This document shows, piece by piece, positions 1-6,340 of a DNA stretch of 13,709 nucleotides (within the stretch, counting starts at the first letter, position 1; each line of letters starts with the position of its first letter). The notes beneath the pieces were generated by a model. The model saw only the letters and a list, made by a program, of their open reading frames with translations, ran no database searches and was not told where the DNA came from. The stretch is from the NCBI GenBank assembly GCA_031411295.1, contig JANOAV010000019.1, forward strand, positions 1 to 13,709, read 5' to 3'. The stretch comes from Verrucomicrobiales bacterium (lineage in GTDB: Bacteria > Verrucomicrobiota > Verrucomicrobiia > Verrucomicrobiales > V1-33). A program made the position numbers and the translations under genes.

Positions 1-1947
1 CCAATTGCCCAGCAGGTTTCCCCTGCGAATGGAGCTACCGGCATTCCGACCAAAGCAATTTTGGATTGGAGGTTTATCCCCGGGATCGCACTCTATGACT
101 GTGAGGCCATTGTGGATGGAAAACTAATCTATCGGAATACCACAGCATTAACCGTGACCCAGGTAGAAATCCAATTTGAGGGTAATGTAGAGGTCAAGTG
201 GAGGGTGCGTGGAAGGGCCTTAGACGACGGCAACGAATGGTCCCCATTTTGGACCTTTCATACAGACGAAGGTCCTGAACCGCCGGTGCAACTGACGCCC
301 GAGCACAATAGCTCCGGGTTGACGGGGAATCTTCTGCTGGATTGGGACTCCGTCCCAGGGGCAAGGGGGTATGATGTTCTGGTGCTGGAGGACGGTGTGT
401 TCTACTATCAAAACGAAGGAGGACCACTTCCGACTTCGCACGCCACTATTTCGACCCGAAAGAACCACAAATACACCTGGAAAATAAGGGCTAGGGTTCT
501 TGAGCAAGGCAATCGGTGGAGTGAATTCTGGTCAGCATACACTTATCCGATGGTTGAAGTTCCTGAGTTGGTTTCACCTGAGGATGGCAATCTGGATGTG
601 GTGTGCCCCACTAGCCTGACGTGGCGGCCTGTGGCAGGGGCGGAGTATTACCGCGTTCAGGCATGGGCCGATGAAATTTTGACACTTGATACCATAGTCA
701 ATGACGGTGAATCCGTTGGCCTGACTGTCACGCCAGGTGCCACGGTAGAATGGTGCGTGCTGACACACACGGCGGCTGGCGATTCAGATTGGAGTGAACG
801 GAGTTACTTCATTGCAGCTGGACGCCCTCAGGGATTTTGCGCAGACCTAGTATTCCCCGTGGAGGGAACATCCGTCCTCAGAAATGAGTCGGTTTCCCTT
901 GAAGCAGAGCTGTTCAAGGACACTGAGGGCAGTTACTCTGGTGAATTGGCTGACCAGGTGAGTGCCGTAAAGTTTTATGCGAACGGGGTCTTAGTTGGCG
1001 AGGCTGCCACTGAGCCCTACACTATCAACTGGACTCCAGCCAGTCTGGGGCAAGTGAGTATTACCACAGAAACGCTGACAAAAGGCGGGGAGACAATTCA
1101 AGGATCACAGGCGGTGACTGTGGAGGTGGAAGCACCAGCAGCTGGGCCTCAAATTGCAACACAGCCAACCGCCCAGCAAACCTATGCGGGAAGCTCGGTA
1201 ACGCTCAGTATTGAAGCGGCTGGAAATGGTGAGCTTCGCTACCAATGGCAGCGGTTGGTTCCGGCCCCGGCTGGAACCGCCACCGCTGGCCAGTGGCAAG
1301 CTATGGCTGGTCAAAATTCTTCAGTGCTCACTATGAATCCCGTTACTGCTGTGAATGACGGATGGTTCAGGTGCGTAGTGTCAGATAGTCTCGCCTCGAC
1401 GTTTTCACAGGAAATCGAAGTCTCAGTTCAAACACCTGTCACTGTTGCAGTGAAGGGACTGCTACCAGATGCCGCCTACGCCGAGGGCAAGGCGCTCACG
1501 ATCACCGCAGAGACCCTGGGAATCGAGGACGACACTTTCAAGCTGTTGGAGAAATTTGAATTCTTCGACGGAAATCAAAAAATAGGGGAGGCATTGCCAG
1601 CAAATCCGATTCTCAGCACGACGACACTGGCTAATGGCCCACATGAAATAAGCATCCGTCCTGTGGGAACTGGCCTGCAATTTTCAGATTCGATGGTTGT
1701 GCCATTTCGCGTCTCTACAACGGCGGACGAGATATTGTCCATGAATTACGATCCAACAGTTGCCGGTAGTCTACCAACCTTGTCGTTTACCAGCCTCATT
1801 GGTAATAGCTACAATATCTATTCCACCACGGATCTATTGAACTGGGAGTTAAGCTCGCAGATGATCGGCACGGGCTATCCAAGTTCTTGGAAAGATGCTG
1901 ATGTGAGCCACGAAGCGAAGAAATTTTATAAAGTAGAGGGCAGGTGA
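1..1947 (+). CDS. Large secreted/surface protein, 5'-truncated by the window edge: three FN3-like repeats, bacterial Ig-like domains, an I-set Ig domain and a Verrucomicrobia-type C-terminal domain
   Basis: Frame 1 is open from base 1 (PIAQQVSPANGATGIPTKAILDW...). Three ~90-aa repeats follow the pattern P-x-[QL]-x-[ST]P...L-x-W-x2-[IV]-x-G...Y...WS (EWSPFWTF, RWSEFWSA, DWSERSYF). Ig-like segments: AVKFYANGVLVGEAATEPYTINWTP, PQIATQP...YQWQR...DGWFRCVVS, FEFFDGNQKIGEA. Ends STTDLLNW...KKFYKVEGR, TGA at 1945-1947. Confidence 0.85.
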   Translation, partial: PIAQQVSPANGATGIPTKAILDWRFIPGIALYDCEAIVDGKLIYRNTTALTVTQVEIQFEGNVEVKWRVRGRALDDGNEWSPFWTFHTDEGPEPPVQLTPEHNSSGLTGNLLLDWDSVPGARGYDVLVLEDGVFYYQNEGGPLPTSHATISTRKNHKYTWKIRARVLEQGNRWSEFWSAYTYPMVEVPELVSPEDGNLDVVCPTSLTWRPVAGAEYYRVQAWADEILTLDTIVNDGESVGLTVTPGATVEWCVLTHTAAGDSDWSERSYFIAAGRPQGFCADLVFPVEGTSVLRNESVSLEAELFKDTEGSYSGELADQVSAVKFYANGVLVGEAATEPYTINWTPASLGQVSITTETLTKGGETIQGSQAVTVEVEAPAAGPQIATQPTAQQTYAGSSVTLSIEAAGNGELRYQWQRLVPAPAGTATAGQWQAMAGQNSSVLTMNPVTAVNDGWFRCVVSDSLASTFSQEIEVSVQTPVTVAVKGLLPDAAYAEGKALTITAETLGIEDDTFKLLEKFEFFDGNQKIGEALPANPILSTTTLANGPHEISIRPVGTGLQFSDSMVVPFRVSTTADEILSMNYDPTVAGSLPTLSFTSLIGNSYNIYSTTDLLNWELSSQMIGTGYPSSWKDADVSHEAKKFYKVEGR

Positions 1948-1965
1948 ACTGGAAGTGTCGTGGAA

Positions 1966-2037
1966 CCGGGAAAACTTTCCCATTTTCACCAGTCGCACCC
2001 CGCGACTAGTGAACGTCCGGCTACCCGGTTTTCCCGG
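1966..2037. other. Nested inverted repeats / long hairpin
   Basis: CCGGGAAAAC (1966-1975) pairs perfectly with GTTTTCCCGG (2028-2037). Inner TTCACCAGTCGC (1985-1996) pairs with GCGACTAGTGAA (2002-2013) at 11/12, closing a 5-nt loop. Confidence 0.6.
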
Positions 2038-2115
2038 CCACCCCGAATCCCCACCCTTCCCGTGTCCACCTTCGCGTCCGCCACCACGTTTCCCCTCATC
2101 GCGTTCATCTCTTCC

Positions 2116-2394
2116 ATGAATTGGAACCGTGACGAATTCAATCTCTTCGGACTTCAGGCGTTCGGTCTGGTTGACAACACTTTCGATCTGGCTGCACAGA
2201 TCCCCGCAGACGCTACCGATGTGGTGCTCAAAGTCTATGGGGCAGGCATTTCGGGGTCCGAAGCGTTTGAGGTCACGGACATCAAGTTCCAAGTTCCAGA
2301 GCCCAGTGCCTTCATTAGCTTACTGGTCTGCTCCTTGGCTGGCATCACCAAAAGACGTCGCGCTCGGTTTAACAATTCGCTCAGGACTGTTTGA
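2116..2394 (+). pseudogene. PEP-CTERM sorting-domain protein, probably an N-terminally truncated remnant
   Basis: C-terminus VPEPS-AFISLLVCSLAGIT-KRRR is a classic PEP-CTERM signal (motif, transmembrane helix, basic cluster). There is no signal peptide after ATG 2116, and the upstream in-frame stretch from GTG 1960 runs through the hairpin and does not look like a signal peptide. Confidence 0.65.
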
Positions 2395-2492
2395 AATTGA
2401 GTAAAGTGGGTGGCAACCCCGGCGTTCAGCGTGCCATCGGAATCGACGCTGATTTCTTCTTTATCGATGCTGAAGTTGGTGGTGTAGTAGTG

Positions 2493-3254
2493 CTACAAAT
2501 CCGCTTCGATGACGGCGTAGGCATCGTGCTGATGGATGCTTTCGTAATTCTCCACACTGACGCGGAACCATTGCGCGGTGGGGAGTTTGGCCACCTGCAT
2601 GGCGACATTCCGGGCCACGTCTTCCACAAAATTGGGGTTATCGTAGGCCCGCTCTGTGACGAATTTTTCGTCCGGGCGCTTGAGCACGGAGAACAGTTCA
2701 CAACTCGCAGCGGATTCGACCAAGGCAGCCAGCACGGCCAGATCTGGAGCTTTCCTGGCGCGCACGCTGAGCGTGACGAGGCCTCGTTGGTTGTGGGCGC
2801 CACGATCGCTGATGGCTTTAGAGCAGGGGCAGAGCGTCCCGATGGGCACTCGCACGGTGCAGATCGTCTCGAGCGTCCGGCCATGCAACGTCATATCCCA
2901 ATTGGCTTCATACGCCAGAAACCCCACCGCACCACTCACGGGAGCAGCCTTTTCCAAGAAGAAGGGAAAGGAAACCTCAAGATGGGCGGCATCACTTTTC
3001 AGGGATGCTTTGATTTTCTTGAGCATCTCGCCAAGTCGGGCCGGTGAGATATCCTCCCGATATTGCTGCAAGAAGCTGACGAACCGACTCATGTGAGTGC
3101 CCCGGACTTCAGCAGCCAAATCTGCCGTGAGCGTAAAACGCGCAGCGGTCTGAGTGCCTCGAATCACCACTGGGTAAAGCAAATTCTTAATGCCAACGCG
3201 ATTGATCCGCCAGCCGCGGGTGTCGATTTCGCTTTGGGTATCCTTCAGTTCCAT
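2493..3254 (-). CDS. folE2: GTP cyclohydrolase IB (FolE2)
   Basis: Motifs D-TQ...INRVGIKNL, RGTHMSRF, TLCPCSKAIS-x2-GAHNQR, LKRPDEKFVTERAYDNPNFVED, ESIHQHDAYA. ATG at 3254 preferred over TTG at 3293. Confidence 0.95.
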   Translation of the reverse strand: MELKDTQSEIDTRGWRINRVGIKNLLYPVVIRGTQTAARFTLTADLAAEVRGTHMSRFVSFLQQYREDISPARLGEMLKKIKASLKSDAAHLEVSFPFFLEKAAPVSGAVGFLAYEANWDMTLHGRTLETICTVRVPIGTLCPCSKAISDRGAHNQRGLVTLSVRARKAPDLAVLAALVESAASCELFSVLKRPDEKFVTERAYDNPNFVEDVARNVAMQVAKLPTAQWFRVSVENYESIHQHDAYAVIEADL

Positions 3255-3294
3255 GGGATGAAAATTAGGGGAGTCACTAGGGTAGGAATGCAAT

Positions 3295-3319
3295 CAGGGG
3301 CGGATTGAAGCCGCCCCTG
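3295..3319. terminator. GC-rich stem-loop between rpsR and folE2 (terminator-like or RNA-stability hairpin)
   Basis: CAGGGGCGG (3295-3303) / CCGCCCCTG (3311-3319) is a perfect 9-bp stem. No clear U-tract follows on the minus strand. Confidence 0.45.
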
Positions 3320-3339
3320 TGCAGGAAAATATTTGGTGC

Positions 3340-3388
3340 AGGCTGGAAAGATACGTTTGCTGGATGCCAACAGCCGTATCTTGAGCCT
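3340..3388. other. Second extended stem-loop just downstream of rpsR
   Basis: Nested pairs AGGCT/AGCCT, AAGATACG (3348-3355)/CGTATCTT (3375-3382) and GCTG/CAGC. Confidence 0.45.
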
Positions 3389-3397
3389 CACGTAAAC

Positions 3398-3637
3398 TTA
3401 CGCGAGCAGATTTACTGCGCGAGAACGTTTGATTTCCTTGGTCACACGGCGGTGCATCCATGCGGAAACACCGGTGATGCGACGAGGGAGAATCTTGCCA
3501 GTTTCGGTCGTAAATTTGGCAAGGTAATCGGGGTTCGTGTAAACGATCTTGTCGATTTGGATGTCGTAGCGACGACGGGGCAGGCGGCGGTTGGCCTTGC
3601 GGAAATTGATGAGGCGTTGTTGGGTCTTTGGTTCCAT
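3398..3637 (-). CDS. rpsR: 30S ribosomal protein S18, cysteine-free (C-) type
   Basis: LAKFTTETGKILPRRITG...RRVTKEIKRSRAVNLL is the S18 signature. The protein contains no Cys. Confidence 0.95.
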   Translation of the reverse strand: MEPKTQQRLINFRKANRRLPRRRYDIQIDKIVYTNPDYLAKFTTETGKILPRRITGVSAWMHRRVTKEIKRSRAVNLLA

Positions 3638-3678
3638 GATATTAGAAGGGAGTGGAAATGAATGCTGGCAAGCGGGAA

Positions 3679-3852
3679 CTAGCGGAGTTCACGGTGCACG
3701 GTGCGACGCTTGAGGAAGGGGTTGTATTTAACTTTTTCCAAACGTCCGGGAGTGCGGATGCTCTTCTTGTTCCGGGTGGTGACGTAACGGGAGGTCGGCT
3801 TTCCTTCAGCTTTGGCTTCCGTGCATTCGATGATGATGATATCGCGTGGCAT
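3679..3852 (-). CDS. rpmG: 50S ribosomal protein L33, C- type (not in the ORF track)
   Basis: Hand translation gives [57 protein letters not shown] (57 aa), with the L33 pattern Y-x-T-x-RNKK...RLE-x2-KY-x-P...T-x-H-x-E. Only one Cys. Confidence 0.95.
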   Translation of the reverse strand: MPRDIIIIECTEAKAEGKPTSRYVTTRNKKSIRTPGRLEKVKYNPFLKRRTVHRELR

Positions 3853-3894
3853 AAATAGTTAGGGGTAAGATTGGTGGACGGGTTGGAATATAAA

Positions 3895-4896
3895 TTAGTT
3901 GTCTTTTTCGTCAGCGGAATCTTCGTCACCATCCTCGTCCTCTTCATCGGTCCCAAGACCAAAGAGACTGCGGATACCGCGGCGGAGACTGTTGGGACCG
4001 TATTCTTTGTCCACTATTTCCTGACACTCGACTGTGAATCGAGCATAAGGTCGAACTTCGAGACGGTCAACGGGAATTGTTTTGGCGCTCATTTCGCAAA
4101 TTCCGTAGGTCCCTTTGTCGATGCGCTTGAGGGCTTCATCGATCTCATAGAGGGCGTCTTGCTCTTGGGAGAGCAGGCTGAGCGTGAAGTCACGATCGTA
4201 AGCATCACTGCCGGCATCGGCTTGGTGCATCCCGAAAGCGGAGGCTTCACTGTCCTGGGCGCGGGAGCGCAGCGTCTCGCTGGCCATGCCGGACATGGAG
4301 TCAACGATATCGTCTTTGAGTTCCAACAGACGCTGCTTTTGCAGGCCGATGAAAATTTTACTGTGGGGGTTCTTCTCTGGGAAGACCACCGGGGTGTTGG
4401 GCTCTTTGAAAGGTGCTGGCTTTTTAGCCGCTACCGGGGCGGCAGCGGTCTTCCCCCGGGTCGTTCGCACAGAAACGGTGGCGTCCGCTTTGGCTGGGGC
4501 GGCGGGGGATTTCTTGACAAGGGTCTTGGGGGCGGGAGTTTTGGCAGGTGCCGGTTTAGCGGCGGTTTTTTTGGATTTCACGGACAAATTTTTGGTCGCT
4601 GATTGCACGGCTGAGGTCGGCTTCGAGACCTTGGGCGCAGGTTTGGCCGGTTTCGGCATCGGCTTAGCTGGCTTCTTCGGTGCTGGCTGAGCTGGCTTTT
4701 TCGGTGCTGGCTTGGCTGGCTTCTTCGGTGTTGGCTTGACAGCTTTGACCGCTTTCTTCAGCGCCGGCTGGGCCGCCTTCACAGGCTTTGGAGCCGGCTT
4801 GGATGGCTTACTGGTTTTGGATTTGGGCGCAGATTTTGCTTTCACTGCTGGTTTAGCAGTGGTCTTCGCTTTGGTCTTGTTCGCAGGCTTAGCCAT
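3895..4896 (-). CDS. dksA: DksA/TraR-family RNA polymerase secondary-channel factor with a long Lys/Pro/Ala-rich N-terminal extension
   Basis: Coiled coil with tip HQADAGSD, then EIDEALKRIDKGTYGICEMSAKTIPVDRLEVRPYARFTVEC (C-x2-S-x17-T-x2-C). About 165 aa of basic low-complexity N-terminus and an acidic C-terminal tail. Confidence 0.88.
   Translation of the reverse strand: MAKPANKTKAKTTAKPAVKAKSAPKSKTSKPSKPAPKPVKAAQPALKKAVKAVKPTPKKPAKPAPKKPAQPAPKKPAKPMPKPAKPAPKVSKPTSAVQSATKNLSVKSKKTAAKPAPAKTPAPKTLVKKSPAAPAKADATVSVRTTRGKTAAAPVAAKKPAPFKEPNTPVVFPEKNPHSKIFIGLQKQRLLELKDDIVDSMSGMASETLRSRAQDSEASAFGMHQADAGSDAYDRDFTLSLLSQEQDALYEIDEALKRIDKGTYGICEMSAKTIPVDRLEVRPYARFTVECQEIVDKEYGPNSLRRGIRSLFGLGTDEEDEDGDEDSADEKDN
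4667..4738. repeat. 3 x 24-bp tandem repeat inside dksA (KP[AT]PKKPA-type octapeptides)
   Basis: Units gctggcttcttcggtgctggctga / gctggctttttcggtgctggcttg / gctggcttcttcggtgttggcttg. Confidence 0.85.
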
Positions 4897-4924
4897 GAAT
4901 CAGTTAATGGTGAGGGAGTATTAA

Positions 4925-4963
4925 GGGCGAACTGGAACGAGCTGGTCGAGATTCCAGTTACCC
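4925..4963 (-). promoter_or_regulatory. Stem-loop in the predicted dksA 5' UTR
   Basis: AACTGGAA (4930-4937)/TTCCAGTT (4952-4959), with flanking GGG/CCC. Confidence 0.45.
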
Positions 4964-4977
4964 GGCAAAGGGGCGCG

Positions 4978-5006
4978 AGACTAGTGTGTCCACTGGCACA
5001 GTGCAA
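4978..5006 (-). promoter_or_regulatory. Sigma70-type promoter for dksA(-rpmG-rpsR-folE2) with a GC-rich discriminator
   Basis: Minus strand reads TTGCAC-17 bp-TAGTCT followed by CGCGCCCC. Confidence 0.6.
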
Positions 5007-5057
5007 GAGATTTTTGGATTTCCATAGGATTTCTCAAATGCGCCCAGCTCACCCCCC

Positions 5058-5071
5058 TGTTCACGTGAACA
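5058..5071. promoter_or_regulatory. LexA (SOS) box, Verrucomicrobia type
   Basis: TGTTCACGTGAACA is a perfect palindrome matching TGTTC-N4-GAACA. It lies 67 bp upstream of lexA, next to a TTGACT -35-like hexamer (5076-5081). Confidence 0.88.
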
Positions 5072-5081
5072 AATTTTGACT

Positions 5082-5095
5082 TGTTTTCTGGAGCA
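5082..5095. promoter_or_regulatory. Second, degenerate LexA box
   Basis: TGTTT-TCTG-GAGCA matches 8/10 consensus positions and lies directly after the TTGACT hexamer. Confidence 0.5.
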
Positions 5096-5138
5096 AAATG
5101 GTTAATCCTGATTTCGTCCATCTACCCCAACTGACATA

Positions 5139-5780
5139 ATGCTAACAACTCGGCAACAGCAGCTTTTAGAATTTCTTCGTGACGAACAAACCCATCACGG
5201 CGTTATGCCTTCCTCGCGGGAGGTGCAACGTCATTTTGGATTTGCCAGCCAGACCGCCGCCATGGATTTACTTCGGGCATTGGAACGCAAGGGCGCAATC
5301 CGCCGACTCCCGGGCAAGGCCCGGGCCGTAATCCTGGCACCGCACGAATCCGGTTCCGTTCAGCAAAACGTCAACTTGGCGCAAATTCCAATTTACGGGA
5401 GTATCGCTGCCGGGATGCCGCAGGAGGCAGTCCCGGAATCTGAAGGTAATCTCTGCGTAGATCTGGATGCTTTGGGGATTTCCGCCAAGGCCAAGACCTT
5501 CGCTTTGCAAGTCCGGGGGGACTCCATGGTGGACGCACATATCGTGGCGGGAGATTTAGTTGTCATGGAAATTCGCGAACCCCACGAGGGTGATGTCGTG
5601 GCCGCCCTCATAGATGGGGAATGCACGCTGAAACGGTATTTAACGAAACGCGGCGTCCCTTATTTGAAAGCCGAGAATACGGCCTACCCGGATTTGATTC
5701 CAGCTCGCGAACTTTTCGTGCAAGGCGTGATGGTAGCCTTGGTGCGGCGGCAACAAAGTTGGAAAAAGGGTGCGGCGTAA
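5139..5780 (+). CDS. lexA: SOS transcriptional repressor LexA
   Basis: N-terminal LT-x-RQ...PS-x-RE winged HTH, Ala-Gly cleavage site (GSIAAG), catalytic Ser (VRGDSM) and Lys (CTLKR). Confidence 0.96.
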   Translation: MLTTRQQQLLEFLRDEQTHHGVMPSSREVQRHFGFASQTAAMDLLRALERKGAIRRLPGKARAVILAPHESGSVQQNVNLAQIPIYGSIAAGMPQEAVPESEGNLCVDLDALGISAKAKTFALQVRGDSMVDAHIVAGDLVVMEIREPHEGDVVAALIDGECTLKRYLTKRGVPYLKAENTAYPDLIPARELFVQGVMVALVRRQQSWKKGAA

Positions 5781-5824
5781 TTCGAACCGATCCAGCTCAA
5801 GCAACGCGGCCCAAACGCCTAAAA

Positions 5825-6340
5825 CTATTTCTGGTGTGTCTGCACGTAGGCCAAGACAGCTTGATCATCTCCTTGAGCCTGCCAGACCGTGAGCAAAAAG
5901 TCTGCTGGAGCGATGTCATATTTCTGAAAGAACATCCGATCCCCGCCGCAGCCATACATGCTGTCAGGGTGGAGTTCTCCGCGCAGCTTCGCCTTGGCCT
6001 TCGCGATCAGGCGTGGCAGCCAGGGAATTCCGCCCATTTCTGCGGGCTTCGGCGGAAGCGTTCCGGGATCGATTACGCTAGTGCTAGTCACACCTTTTTG
6101 CACCATCAGCAAATAGGCCCGGCGAACTCCTGCTATGAGCAGGGCGGTGGAGGCCGTAAACGTTGGGCTGTGGTCCTCGACAAAATCAAAGAACTCCCGC
6201 GGTTGGTAGCCGATGGACTTTAAGAACGCCCGATCTGCGGGTGTATAATAGGTGGTGAAGTCGTGGTTGCCGCTTTCGTAGAGAGCAAGGCAACGTTGAT
6301 GCAAATCAAGAAATGGGAGATTCCAAGTGTAGTTATTCAT
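5825..6340 (-). CDS. Conserved hypothetical protein, DUF5069-like
   Basis: GGIPWLPRLIAKAKAKLRGEL...YGCGGDRMFF resembles DUF5069 (recalled, not searched). Start overlaps the stop of the upstream MIP gene (ATGA). Confidence 0.7.
   Translation of the reverse strand: MNNYTWNLPFLDLHQRCLALYESGNHDFTTYYTPADRAFLKSIGYQPREFFDFVEDHSPTFTASTALLIAGVRRAYLLMVQKGVTSTSVIDPGTLPPKPAEMGGIPWLPRLIAKAKAKLRGELHPDSMYGCGGDRMFFQKYDIAPADFLLTVWQAQGDDQAVLAYVQTHQK

Noticed and set aside
1960..2005. Minus-strand GCGACTGG resembling the ZTP riboswitch 5' motif
   Set aside because: No 3' CGCCTGGGC element and no downstream gene on that strand.
2391..3047. 218-aa plus-strand ORF (also 2656-3096 and the minus-strand 2426-2884)
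   Set aside because: Antisense or alternate-frame shadows of folE2 with no recognisable motifs.
3642..3962. 106-aa minus ORF and 68-aa plus ORF (3652-3858)
   Set aside because: They overlap the true rpmG frame and the dksA end.
4667..4738. 24-bp repeats as a CRISPR array
   Set aside because: Contiguous coding repeats with no spacers and no cas genes. DinG here is a housekeeping type with no type IV cas neighbours.
3871..4924. Plus-strand ORFs of 243, 134 and 70 aa
   Set aside because: Antisense shadows of low-complexity dksA.
5621..6223. 200-aa plus-strand ORF
   Set aside because: Overlaps lexA out of frame and the DUF5069-like gene in antisense; no motifs.
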